The notes beneath the pieces were generated by a model. The model had not been told where the DNA came from. It saw only the letters and a list, made by a program, of their open reading frames with translations, and made no database searches. A DNA stretch of 63,938 bases, the filler included, from Folioceros fuciformis (Eukaryota): NCBI GenBank assembly GCA_049999805.1. It is 6 parts of 6 records of this genome, joined end to end, with 100 filler letters (N's around TTAATTAATTAA, not from the genome) between each part and the next. Parts side by side here need not be neighbours in the genome. Positions count along the whole stretch, not along the records: positions 1 to 26,726 come from JBNGIO010006110.1; positions 26,827 to 50,034 come from JBNGIO010006112.1; 4 more parts are not named here. One strand, written 5' to 3'. How positions within the stretch are numbered: position 1 is the first letter of the stretch; each line of letters starts with the position of its first letter. Positions 23,515 through 34,547 of the stretch are shown here, piece after piece. Made by a program: the position numbers and the translations under genes.

Positions 23515-25883
23515 AGGCTGAAGCTAAAGATAGCCTGGCCAGCCACGGGGCCCGCCACCTCCATGGTGAGCCATGCCCCTCCCGCTCTCTATCTCTCCTC
23601 TCTCCTAGACCTAGGGAGTTGTCCCTTGAATACATACGGCCAGTCGTGTATCGTCTCGCAAAACCGGGTTTGAGTTTTGAGCCTGCCTCAGCTGAAATGT
23701 TCGAGACGGACGATGAGCAGGAGGATGAGAATCAGGACGAGGTTGACGAGGTTTCCTACTCTCCCAAGAGGTGAAGGCGGGGGAAAAAAGATGGCCGTGC
23801 CAAGGTATGGTTGCTGTAATTTCTGGAGCCCGTGTGGGAAGATGTTTGGCGGATTGGGGAGAACATGTTCTCTTTCACAGACCTCTTGAACGCGATGATG
23901 GTACGTAAGTTTGAAGGTCCATAAGCACACCATAACCTGTAGAAGAACACACATTGTTTCTCACACACATTGTGAGAAACAAGGCATCAACTGAAGTGCC
24001 TCTCACCAAGATTGAGTGAGTCATACGTCGTGAGTTTGCAGGTCGTATCTGGCTTGAGAAATAGAGGTCCCGCAACAACAATTGCGTGCTTGGGAAATAG
24101 AGGTCCCCCAACAACAATTGCGTTCCTCTTACTGCTCACCATAGAATAGCTTGTGGGGGTTTGAGACAGCTCTCCCTTCCCCTGCTCACCACACTTGAGA
24201 CAGCTCTCCCATCCCCGTAATGAAATCTGGTACACGCATCCACGGGATGAAAGCTGTCCGCATTTCCTTCTCCACACTTGGCACAGAGCTATGTTTGTAT
24301 TTGCTGCATTTCCAGTGGAGAGCAGTGACATCAAACAAACCAGACGGCACACTCTGCACCACAAACAGGCAATTTGCGGGCATTTCTGCAGACATCAGAC
24401 CGCACTTTCAGCAGTTGCCTTCAAGTAGTGGAGCAACTTTCAGTTTTTGGCATAAACGTGTTCAAGCCGTCTAGAACCGGGTTTAGGGTTGATTGAAGTG
24501 CCTCACCAAAACGATTCGGTTTCGCTCAAAACTTAAACCCGGTTTCGTGAGAGAGAAGCCGGTACGCGAATGGCCGTATGTATTCAGGGAAGAACTCCGT
24601 AGGTATAGGAGAGAGGAGAGCGAGAGGGGCATGGCTCCCCATGCCGCCTACACATCGATACCTGATGGAAGTTAATGCCTGCCATAGCCCGTGTGGTACA
24701 GTTGTGCCAGGCCTTACGGCGCCTGCCAAAAGCCATTCCGTTTCGCCCAACAACGCGGCCTTACCAGTTCTCATCCTTCGTCCATGAGCTGAACCCGCTG
24801 TATACACCAACAGGCTATTCTGTGCGGTGTGGTGGTGCGGGCATCACGCGATAGTAAACAATGCGCCAATTACGCTTACAATACCTAGCTCCGTGGCAAC
24901 CATCATTAACCCTAATTTTCATTCAAGCGTTTGCCCCAATTCATGTCTGCTATGTTCAAAGTTTCCGCTTACACTGACCAAAGGGGTTCAGATTAGGCCG
25001 ATGATCTTACTTGTCAAGGGCAGCTTTGATTGAGCTTAGTGTACATGGATTGTATTGAGTGCAAAATTTTTGAGGAGCGGCCTCCGGATACATTATTCAT
25101 GGTGCAATTGCCTAAACCTAGACACTTCTCAGCTGTAGATTTGGAGTGGGTGTGCTCTTCTTAGAGCTATTCAAAAAGGGCACACTCGAAACCAGGCGTG
25201 CTGCACACCGAAGTGTCCGTCTTGTTGTAAGCTTTCCATTGAAGTATGATAAGAAAGCATTTGACTCATATGGACAAAGCGGGTAGAGAAATAGATGACA
25301 TGCCTTTCAAAGGCTTCCTTTGCTCATATCTCTGTCACCTTTCATTGAAACCGAGCGTGCTTTACACCGGCTTGTCCGTCTTGTTGTAAGCTTTCTATCG
25401 AGGTATGATAGACAAGCAATCAACTCTTCTAGAGGAAGTATGATAGACAAGCAATCAACTCTTCTAGAGGAAACGGCGAGACAAAAGATGAACGCGCTCT
25501 TAAAGCTAGCGTTCCATTAGCGTTCCTTCCGCTCTCAACACATTTAAGTTCATCGTAACCAACCGGGAAACTCTACAGGCTGATAAGTGCATGGTTTATT
25601 ATCGTGTGATCGTGATCCAAGCATGGATCACGCACACTGCAAGACCGCGTTCAACTCACGGGACCGCGTTCAACTCACGGGACGGAGGATGAGAACCGGT
25701 AAGGCCGCCATTTCCGGTAAGGAAATGGCGCCGTAGGGCCTTGCACAGCGGTACCACACGGGCTGTGGCAGGCATTAACTTCCATCGGGTATCGATAACT
25801 TCCATCGGGTAACGATGTGTAGGCCACCATGCCATGGAGGTGGCGGGCCCCGCGCCTAGCCAGGCTATCTTTAGCTTCAGCCT
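23515..25883. mobile_element. Outer long inverted-repeat structure (~210-220-bp arms) whose left arm is interrupted by the element above
   Basis: 23515-23565 joined to 24640-24797 matches the reverse complement of 25665-25883. No clear TSD is visible at the outer ends. Confidence 0.65.
23566..24639. mobile_element. Non-autonomous TIR DNA element (~1.07 kb) with ~116-bp imperfect terminal inverted repeats, flanked by CATG on both sides
   Basis: 23566-23682 (GTGAGCCATGCCCCT...CCGGGTTTGAGTTTTGAGC) is the imperfect reverse complement of 24524-24639 (GCTCAAAACTTAAACCCGG...AGGGGCATGGCTCCC). CATG is at 23562-23565 and 24640-24643. Confidence 0.75.
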
Positions 25884-26726
25884 CGGGTATCCATTTGCAA
25901 GCACCTAAACCAGGAAGGCATTCGCGAAACCAGCAACTTCCAAGATTGATCTGATTATGCAATCAAGAAGAGATCTGAAGCGTGCGCGCCATGGGTGCGT
26001 ACGTATAAGGGAGTTGACTTGTTTCTACCAGCTCAACTTGCTTTGTGCACTGGCTTGTTCGCAGCAATTGCGTGGAAGCTGACTTGGAACTTTCTACGCA
26101 CCACCCCCCAAAAATCCTTGTCGGCCAGACGTCAGCCCGCATCAAAGTCTGTGTCCGGACACACAGCGTTTGCGTCCTGCATCCCGGCATGCCATCAAGC
26201 GCGCCCATTGTCTATTTGTCACCCTTTTATGTGCTCTCGAGTTTCCCAAAATTTCCCCTCCACAAATTCTGGTTGCAGACCATCTGGACCTCAAAACACC
26301 GCATTAACGGCTGTGCCCACGTAAGATCATGCCTGGCAGTGCGATTCAGGCTTTTGGGCGATCATATAAAGCCAGGCCAGCCTCCACTCATCAGTACCAT
26401 CTGTATCACTCAGCATTCCAGCCCACTCCGATCTCCATTACAGCTCACTTAAANNNNNNNNNNGAGCGCCGGGAGAGGGCAGCGCTTATCCTGCCGGGAC
26501 GTGGCCGCGAGAGACACAACTTCGACAGCTCCTTCATTCGCTTCTTCAGGAAGAGCAAGTGAAACGAGCATGCGCCATCGCTGCTAAATGATAGCATGTA
26601 ACTCACTGGTTACCGACTACCAGGCTTCTTCCAATGTAAATCTGTTCTATCAATATTGAGAAATACACTTTACAGTGGCCTGGACGCCAAACTTGTTCGT
26701 GTTTGATCAATTTGGTGCGTCTCCCA

Positions 26727-26826
26727 NNNNNNNNNNNNNNNNNNNNNNNNNNNNNNNNNNNNNNNNNNNNTTAATTAATTAANNNNNNNNNNNNNNNNNN
26801 NNNNNNNNNNNNNNNNNNNNNNNNNN
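26727..26826. other. Artificial scaffold-joining spacer (44 N + TTAATTAATTAA + 44 N)
   Basis: Identical 100-nt blocks occur at 50035-50134, 56201-56300, 59662-59761 and 62783-62882. The 12-mer has stops in all six frames. Confidence 0.97.
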
Positions 26827-27450
26827 ATAAAATAAAAAAATATTACCAAAATTAATTATGTACATACAAGACAGTTAGAATCTTGTAAGAAAATAAAGCT
26901 TCTATTTTTGAAGAAAAAGCCAAAAAAAGATAAAGAAAGCTATCCATGGAGCAAGTGTAGTGAAGTACTAAAAAATGATTTTTTTATTCATTTGGAGGAC
27001 TCGATATGGAAGAAAAAGTATTGTATGGAGATGATATATTTTTAGGATGGGGAGGTGTAGCACTGGTAATAGTAGAAGTACTGTATGTTCCTAGGAGTGG
27101 GCAAAATTTATTATACCGAGGGAGGGAGGGAGAGATGGAAACCCAAGCCATTCAGTATAGACGGGTAGCCGGTGGATATGATGAACGTAATAAGTCGACG
27201 AAGTGTGAACGAGGTGTGCGTAAATCAGAGGCTGAGCGGAGGGGCCAGGAAGGCCAGTCGCCACAAGCAACGCCTGGCCAGTCGTGAAGGGAAGGCCTGC
27301 GCGAGGTGTAAAGCGTCTTGTGGAGGCGCTCTTGCTTGGTGATTGGGCTGTTAGGTTGCTTCTGATGTGACCTAGAGACACACGGGCGTGGGTTTGCACT
27401 CCGCTGCGGCATCCTGCCCCGGATCTGAGCAAGCGGCTGGCGTCACGATC

Positions 27451-30400
27451 ATGGAAACCAAAGCGGATGAGGATAGCGGGTTGTCCGATCCACCTGCAAA
27501 TCGGGATCCCGATGGCGACGACTCCGACTTTGCGGAAGTCGATCCCACAGGCAGATACGGGCGGGTAAGTTGCCACGGCCTAGGATTTTGCTCCTGCTCC
27601 GCTTGCTTTNNNNNNNNNNNNNNNNNNNNNNNNNNNNNNNNNNNNNNNNNNNNNNNNNNNNNNNNNNNNNNNNNNNNNNNNNNNNNNNNNNNNNNNNNNN
27701 NNNNNNNNNGTGATTTTTCCGTCCTGCCGCTGTACAATTTAGTACAGAGGTCGGTGCATGTTGCGTTGGTGTCCAGCGTGTGGAGAGGAGAGATGGGATC
27801 TCGTTTTGGAAAGGGCACAAAGAATTCTGTGTTTCGTTCACTCCTGCTCTTGTGTCGAGCTTGGTTTCCTTTTGTGGAGGATGGTGCACCCTATTTTGTC
27901 ATGCGGAAACTTATGCCACCTTTCCGTTTTGCTGTTGTGGATGCAGTATGACGAAGTTCTTGGCAAGGGAGCTTTTAAGACTGTGTATCTTTCCTGCTTC
28001 GCCAACTTTTTTTTTTTTTGATTTTGTTGTTTTGAACTTGAGCTAGTGGATTGTCAATTTTGCGCGGTTGGGGTCTGGGCTGTTGATGCTTCTTTGGCGT
28101 GGGGAGTCATGTGTCAGTTGAATTGGATGCTCGCTCAGTTGCCCTTAAATCCTCACAGCTACAGGGCATTTGATGAAGTGGACGGGATAGAGGTAGCCTG
28201 GAACCAGGTGAAAGTGCAAGATGTTTTGCAGAGTTCTGAGGACTTGGAGCGGTTGTATTCCGAAGTGCACCTGCTGAAGACCTTGAAACACAAGAATATC
28301 ATAAAGTTCTACAATTCTTGGGTGGATACAAAGACGAAGAATGTCAACTTCATCACCGAGATTTTCACGTCAGGGACTCTGAGGCAGTATGTGTTTCGTT
28401 GCCCATTCGTTTGCTTGCCCTGTCCGCTTACCTGTTGCTCGAGGGTTCCAGCAGTTCACACTATGTGTTGTGTTGGACCTCAGGTATCGTAAGAGGCATA
28501 AGCACGTGGATATCAAGGCTGTAAAAAATTGGTCGAGGCAAATTCTTCGGGGTCTTCTGTACCTGCACAGTCATGATCCGCCCATCATTCATCGGGATTT
28601 GAAGTGTGATAATATTTTTGTGAATGGGAACCAAGGAGAGGTCAAAATTGGTGATCTTGGCTTGGCGGCCATTCTGCGCCAGGCACATGCAGCGCACAGC
28701 GTCATTGGTAAGAGCTTCTTGATGAGGTAGAATTTCAGGGCATGTTTGCAGTCAAGGGTTTACGTGAAGAGGATTAGTAACCGATGTCTGATGGCTGCAG
28801 GCACTCCTGAATTCATGGCTCCTGAGCTTTACGAGGAAGAATACAATGAGCTAGTAGACATCTATTCATTTGGCATGTGCCTGCTGGAGATGGTCACGTT
28901 TGAGTATCCATATAGTGAGTGCACTAATGCTGCTCAAATATACAAGAAAGTGACCTCGGCAAGTGCCTCTGCTCCCGGCCGTTTGTTGTCTCTAGTGTCA
29001 TGGGCACGTCCAGCTTCTAGCTGGTTGCGCTCTTCCAGCTGTTCTGACTGCTGCTGCTTCTACCGGTGTACAGGGCAAAAAGCCAGCAGCTTTGGAGAAG
29101 ATAAAAGACCCTGATGTCAAAGCTTTTGTAGAGAAGTGTCTTGCCACAGCCTCGCGCAGGCTTCCAGCTCGAGAGTTGTTGATGGATCCATTCTTGCTGT
29201 GCGAGGGTGACCGAGAAGCCATAGAGTGTGTCCCTTCACTGTCCCGATGTAGGTCCGGAGCGGATGATATGGACGAGCTTGGAGTCATTTCAGAGGACCA
29301 CAGCTACAGGTTAAGTGCAACCTCAGGGTGGAAAGAGAGGCTGTCCGAGAGTGAATCACGAGGGAAAGGGAAGGTGGTGGCAGACACAGAAAAAATTAGT
29401 AATGGTTCAAGCAAGTTAATAGGTGGTCAGGTTGGGGATTCCGAAGGTGAAGATGATCCCCTTCTTGGGAGACGGCAGCCAGTAACCGCAAAAGGAGGTA
29501 AGGAGGATCGTCCAAGGAGAAGCAGGGATTTCAGGGTGAAAGGCAAAAGGAGGGATGATGATACTATTTTTCTTCGACTTCGGATTGCAGACCCCGAAGG
29601 TAGGCCTTTCTCCTCCTTATTTTCTCTGAACAATGCTGTGAATGTGTGAAAGCCCTGGGGCTGTGCTTTCCTGCTTGATGTGCTGTGGATTGTTTGTCTG
29701 AAGCCGCAAGTGTGTACTTGCATGTGTCCTCATCTAACGCGAATCAATCGTCACACAGCGCATTATGTCCTCTCGCTGATGACGTCAGGAATTTTTGCGA
29801 GTGATTATCAACTGAAGTGCACATCTTGCGTCCATTCCAGGGCATATCCGCAACATTCATTTCCCTTTTGATGTGGAGGCAGATACAGCGATGAGTGTCG
29901 CAACTGAGATGCTGGAAGAGCTTGATCTTTCTGATCAAGATGTAACGACAATTGCTGAAATGATTGATGCTGAGATTTTAGCCCTTGTACCCGAATGGAA
30001 ACCGGGGGTTGCTTGTGATGAAACTAGTCCTCTTGATGCGGAAACATCTTACGACAGCAGGAGGGAATCACCTGTGAATGCAGTTGGCTTCTCCAAGGCC
30101 AGATTTGATTTTGACCCAATGACCACGATCTCCTCAGAGGGGTCCCTTGTTGACCGGCTCCCTGTGAACCGCAAGTTGAGGTCTCACTCACCCAGAGTGG
30201 GTGCGTTGAGTGCGGGCTCACCTCCGAGGGGGGAGGCAACAATGCATGGAAGGTTTGAGGAAATCACCTACCACCCTCGTGGGCCAGATCACTCCTGGCG
30301 TCACTCAGACGCCTCTCCTGTCTTTTCCAGTGACTTGTCTGATGCGCAGGAGGGTGGATCGGATGTGGGAGGGGGATACATGTCTCCAGAGAGCAGCTCC

Positions 30401-31153
30401 AATGCCGAATCTTCTTGGCAAGTGAGCCGTGCCCGTGGAGGTGGGGAGTTTGATCAGGATTCTGGTGGGAACATTTCCAGGTCTAGGGACCATGCTGAGA
30501 AGAGTGCCTTCAACGATCTCGTTGAGTTGAGGAGAAATGCTGGTTATGGCAAGTACGCTCACGAAACATGGGCAGAGGTTGCACTGGGTAGCAGAGGCGC
30601 AGGAAATAGCGAAGAAGGTGATGATGAGGATGGACACGAGCAGCATGAAGATGATGCACGGTCCTTTACCGGTCATTCCGCATCTAATTCAGATGCTGAC
30701 AAGGGAGATCTGGCAGACCGCGAATTAATTCTGTTGGCTCTCAAGCAGGAGCAGGAGATGAGGGAGATGCAATGGAGACATAAACAGGCGCTCCGTGACT
30801 TGAAGGCTCGGATCCAGCGGAAAGAGACTAGTTCTGAAGAGCTCCGAAGAGATTCCTGTGGGAACGTAGGTTCTTCATCCCCTGATAGGTTGGTCGCCCA
30901 TGGTACCGGCAGACGACACAATCATGAGGCTGGCTCCAATGGGTTCCTGCCAGGTGACTTGGGCACTGCCTCACCCTCCAGCCATCGGGGGGTCTACTCC
31001 AAGCTCTTCAATGGGAAGAAGTCGACGGATGAATCAGAGGAGTCCGATAGGTTATCCTTAAAAGAGATCGCAGCTGCTTTTGCAGAGGTGAAGACTGTGA
31101 GCGACGAGAGTACCGGTTCACTGAATGCTGGGGGTGATGGTCTTGTACACTAG
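27451..31153 (+). CDS. WNK: WNK (With No Lysine) serine/threonine kinase, multi-exon, with a long C-terminal extension
   Basis: [66 protein letters not shown], then the OSR1-C/autoinhibitory region (IFLRLRIAD...[19 protein letters not shown]). A 100-N gap lies in intron 1. Confidence 0.95.
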
Positions 31154-31799
31154 CAGAAATTTGAGTAGTCAAGTGGTAGGCAGTGAGGGGTTGAAGGGTC
31201 CCGTGATCTAACGTGGCCCGTAGCAAAGAGGTTTGTTTGGGCCTTTGTTGCTGATCCGGGATCAAGCCCCCACATCTAACCTGCACCTAAGCTCGTTAGG
31301 TTTAGATTGTGACGTCGGGGACATCTTGTGTTGCAGGTGGAGGAAACTCTGTTGGTAGGTGTGGCTGACGTTTTCTCTGTACCAAGTCAACACCTAGGGG
31401 TTCCAACAGATTTCCAATTTTCCGATTCTCGCCGCCGTCGCCCAGTGTCATTAACTCATTTGCTTTTTATTTTTTTCCCCGCTTTGTGTCCTTTGTAGTC
31501 ATACTCGTCCGCACGTACGAGAGCAGCAAGTATAATTATTTTTTTGCGCTTTCGGTTTGGTCGGTCAGTGGTTGACACGGTTTGCTTTTGATTTGAAGTT
31601 CGCTGTCGTGACATTTATAGTTCAGGTACCCCTGAAAACTTGTAGGAAGAGCATGGGAAGTGGATCAATCAACCCTTTGTAATGATACACATGTACAATA
31701 CAACCTTGAATGCTAGATTAAGAAGAGTGGGTGGTGTGGGGCCAGCCGGCTGGAAAGGTGGAGAAAAGTGAGACGGGATGGGAAAGGAGGAGGAGAATA

Positions 31800-34311
31800 T
31801 CAGGAGATGGAATGCCGCCTCCTCCTCTTGGTCAAATCAGGGGTCTGCGGATTCTTTTGCGCAGAAGAATCCTTGGGCGCCCTTCCAAAAGGATTGAGTT
31901 TACCAAGCTTTTTCGTCACGGAAGAGACGAATCTCTGAGCCGACCCGGATTTCTCCATATCTTGTTTCATGTTCACATGCTCCTTCTCCAGATCTGTCAA
32001 GCGCATCCGCATCCTGGCGATCTCCAGCTTCAGCTCCCTGTTCTCTCTTCGCACAGACGAGTAATTATCCCGCGGCGAGATGGCCGCACTCAGCGCCCCG
32101 CTGCTGATCCTTTGAGAGTACTGGCTAGCGGCGTGCTCCCCGTCCGTGAAGGAGCCCGCCATGGCCGTCCTCAGTCTCAGCTGCTCGAAGTAGAGCACCT
32201 GGACCACAACCTGCACGGGCAGACGCTCGTTCTGCGCTGCGTGCGTGCACGCCTCCTGAGACAGCTTCTGGCAATCCATGAGCTTGCACAGCTTTTTCCT
32301 CTCCATTTCCGACAGCGCCGGGTGAGCCTGCGGACAGGACAGAGCAGGACAGGACACGACAGTCGGGGACTCCATCGTCAGCAATCCGGCACATGGCATT
32401 CTTGGAACCCTAGCCTAGCATGCTGCTGCCATGTCACGCACGTACGTACCTTGAGGTAAATGTCGATGGCTCTGTAGAGGCCGTCGTCCACGACTCTGGC
32501 GTACTCGGGGAGCAACTCAGCCAGGGACACGAACTTGGAGAGCTTGAGGTTTGCATCGGGGGCGATCTCAGCCAGGTAAGAGTCGACGAGCTTGGCCACC
32601 TTCATGACAGCGCTCTGGGAGGGAGAGGAGCTCATGTTGGAGTCGGACTCGTACATGAGCTGCGAGTCCTGGATGTCGTCGCCGTCCTCCTGCTGCAGGA
32701 AATTTACCAGGATTCGGTGCACGATATCCACATCGAAGAGCGTGTCCCCGGTGTAGGAGAAGGAGGGAATGAGCAGGTCATCCAGCGTTGCCTGCTCCAG
32801 CTGCATCCCGATCCGCTTTTCCAGGTCCAGCCTACACGCAATGGTGGTGTCCAAAATAATGGCGGTCCTGAGCAGCCCGAAGAGGAAGCTGCAGGAAGCC
32901 GTGTTCTTCTCGGGAGGAAGCAGGCTGACGATCGTCTCCACCAGCACCCGCTGCTCGTGCTCCATGGCCGTGGCGCTGTCATGCACCTTCATCTTCCTGG
33001 GTCCGACCCCAGCCCCGGACTGCTTCCTGTTGAGCCCCTTGAGCGAGCGGTGCGCATAGTGCATCAAGGCCCCGCCAATGCTCTCATAGCGCAGCCCGCG
33101 TGAACGCATCGCCGCCAGAACTCTCTGGTACAGGTCGATGCGCAGCACGGAGAGATCCTCTGCCCACCAGTCGATGAGCGAGAGCTTGCTGGTGCCGTTG
33201 TTGAAACTCAGCTTCTGCACGTTGTCGGAGCGACCTGAGCCGGAAGAGTTGTTGTGGTCTGTGCCTCCCCCGCCCCCTGCCCGGGCCAGGCTGGAGGCGA
33301 TCTGCTCCCTGCACGCCTTACTGGCAGCAGCGTCGATGCAGCGCTGCACGATCCGGAGATCCTCCGCCATGGGCAGCAGATTCTCGCACTGGTGCAGTAC
33401 CGCAACAGAGTCCGCCAGGTTTTGCAGCACCACCTCCTGCAGAAAGGCCTCTGTTCTGGACACGAGGTTGCTGTCTCCGTAGTCGTCCGTCATCTCCAGT
33501 GCCTCCGCCACGCACCGCAAAACAGCCACGTTCACCGTGGTGATCTCGAAGTTAACGCCGTAGCAGAACTTGGCCGCCAGCTCGAAGGCTTCCGCCCCGC
33601 CCGGCACATCCTTGAGCTCCAGCCGCCCGGGGTCCGTCGACTCCCGAGCCTCCGCCGCCATCTTCCGTATTCTCCCGCTCCTGGACACGAGCGGGAACTG
33701 CAGCCACCACCAGGAACAACACCACAGCTCCGCATTGGTATCTTCACTCACCGACCATTGCTCGCTTCCGCAAGCCAACAAAAAGGGAAGCGATAATCTC
33801 TCCTCCTTCCCATCCTCTCTTTACCTTGTGGAGAGCGAAGGTGGTGCCTTCCACGTCCACCACAACGTCGCTGGGAACATCGCTGGTGAAAGCCCTGCGC
33901 ATCCATTAAACACGACATGAAACCACACTCTTCCTCAGTCACCTACCCCTGATGTCGCAACATGCCACAGCAACCCACGCCTTACACCATTCCACGGCAG
34001 CAAGCAGTGTAGGAAGGAGGGACGGAAGGCGAAGGTGAGGAGGGAAACAGAAATTGGAAAGGACAAGCTTGGCGTGGAGAAAAGAAGCAGAGGGCAGCCA
34101 GATGGACAAACAAAAAGGGTATTCCATCCCACATTCCCTTGCACTCCATAGCATTCCAGTCCAGTCCAGGCCCAGAGCAGTCCAGTCCACCGCAGGGCGC
34201 AGGGAATAATACCCACCACTCGCTAGGGCGTTTCATGGCGAAGCTGGAACGAGAGCTGCGATGCTTGAGAGGTGGAAGCTTATCATGCGAAGCCCTGGGG
34301 GCCACCGCCAT
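31800..34311 (-). CDS. NPH3/RPT2-like (NRL) BTB/POZ protein, At5g48800-like; 4 exons (34311-34217, 33894-33825, 33697-32450, 32327-31800)
   Basis: BTB domain ([10 protein letters not shown]...[29 protein letters not shown]), NPH3 domain ([44 protein letters not shown]), a coiled coil, and a C-terminal RRHSIS. Confidence 0.95.
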
Positions 34312-34507
34312 AACGGCGAGGGGGGGCGAGCGGGCGGAGGCAGAGGAGGAGGGAGAGGAGCTGCATCCACTGAGGGGAAGCAAGGGCAAGGGTAGGACTG
34401 GGTGGCCGAGATCCCAAAGCCGCGGCCGTGCAGCGGGCAGCCGAGGACACCAGGTTGCGTTAGTGTGTGCCTTGTGCCCTGGACGAAAGACCTGCCTGGA
34501 TCGGATG

Positions 34508-34547
34508 CGAGAGAGAGAGACAGAGAGACAGAGACAGAGAGAGAGAA
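34508..34547. repeat. (GA)n/(GAGACA)n microsatellite upstream of the NRL gene
   Basis: Read directly. Confidence 0.8.

Noticed and set aside
26771..26782. Recurrent TTAATTAATTAA palindrome as a biological motif (e.g. a TTAA target site)
   Set aside because: It is always centred in 44-N pads, so it is a synthetic linker.
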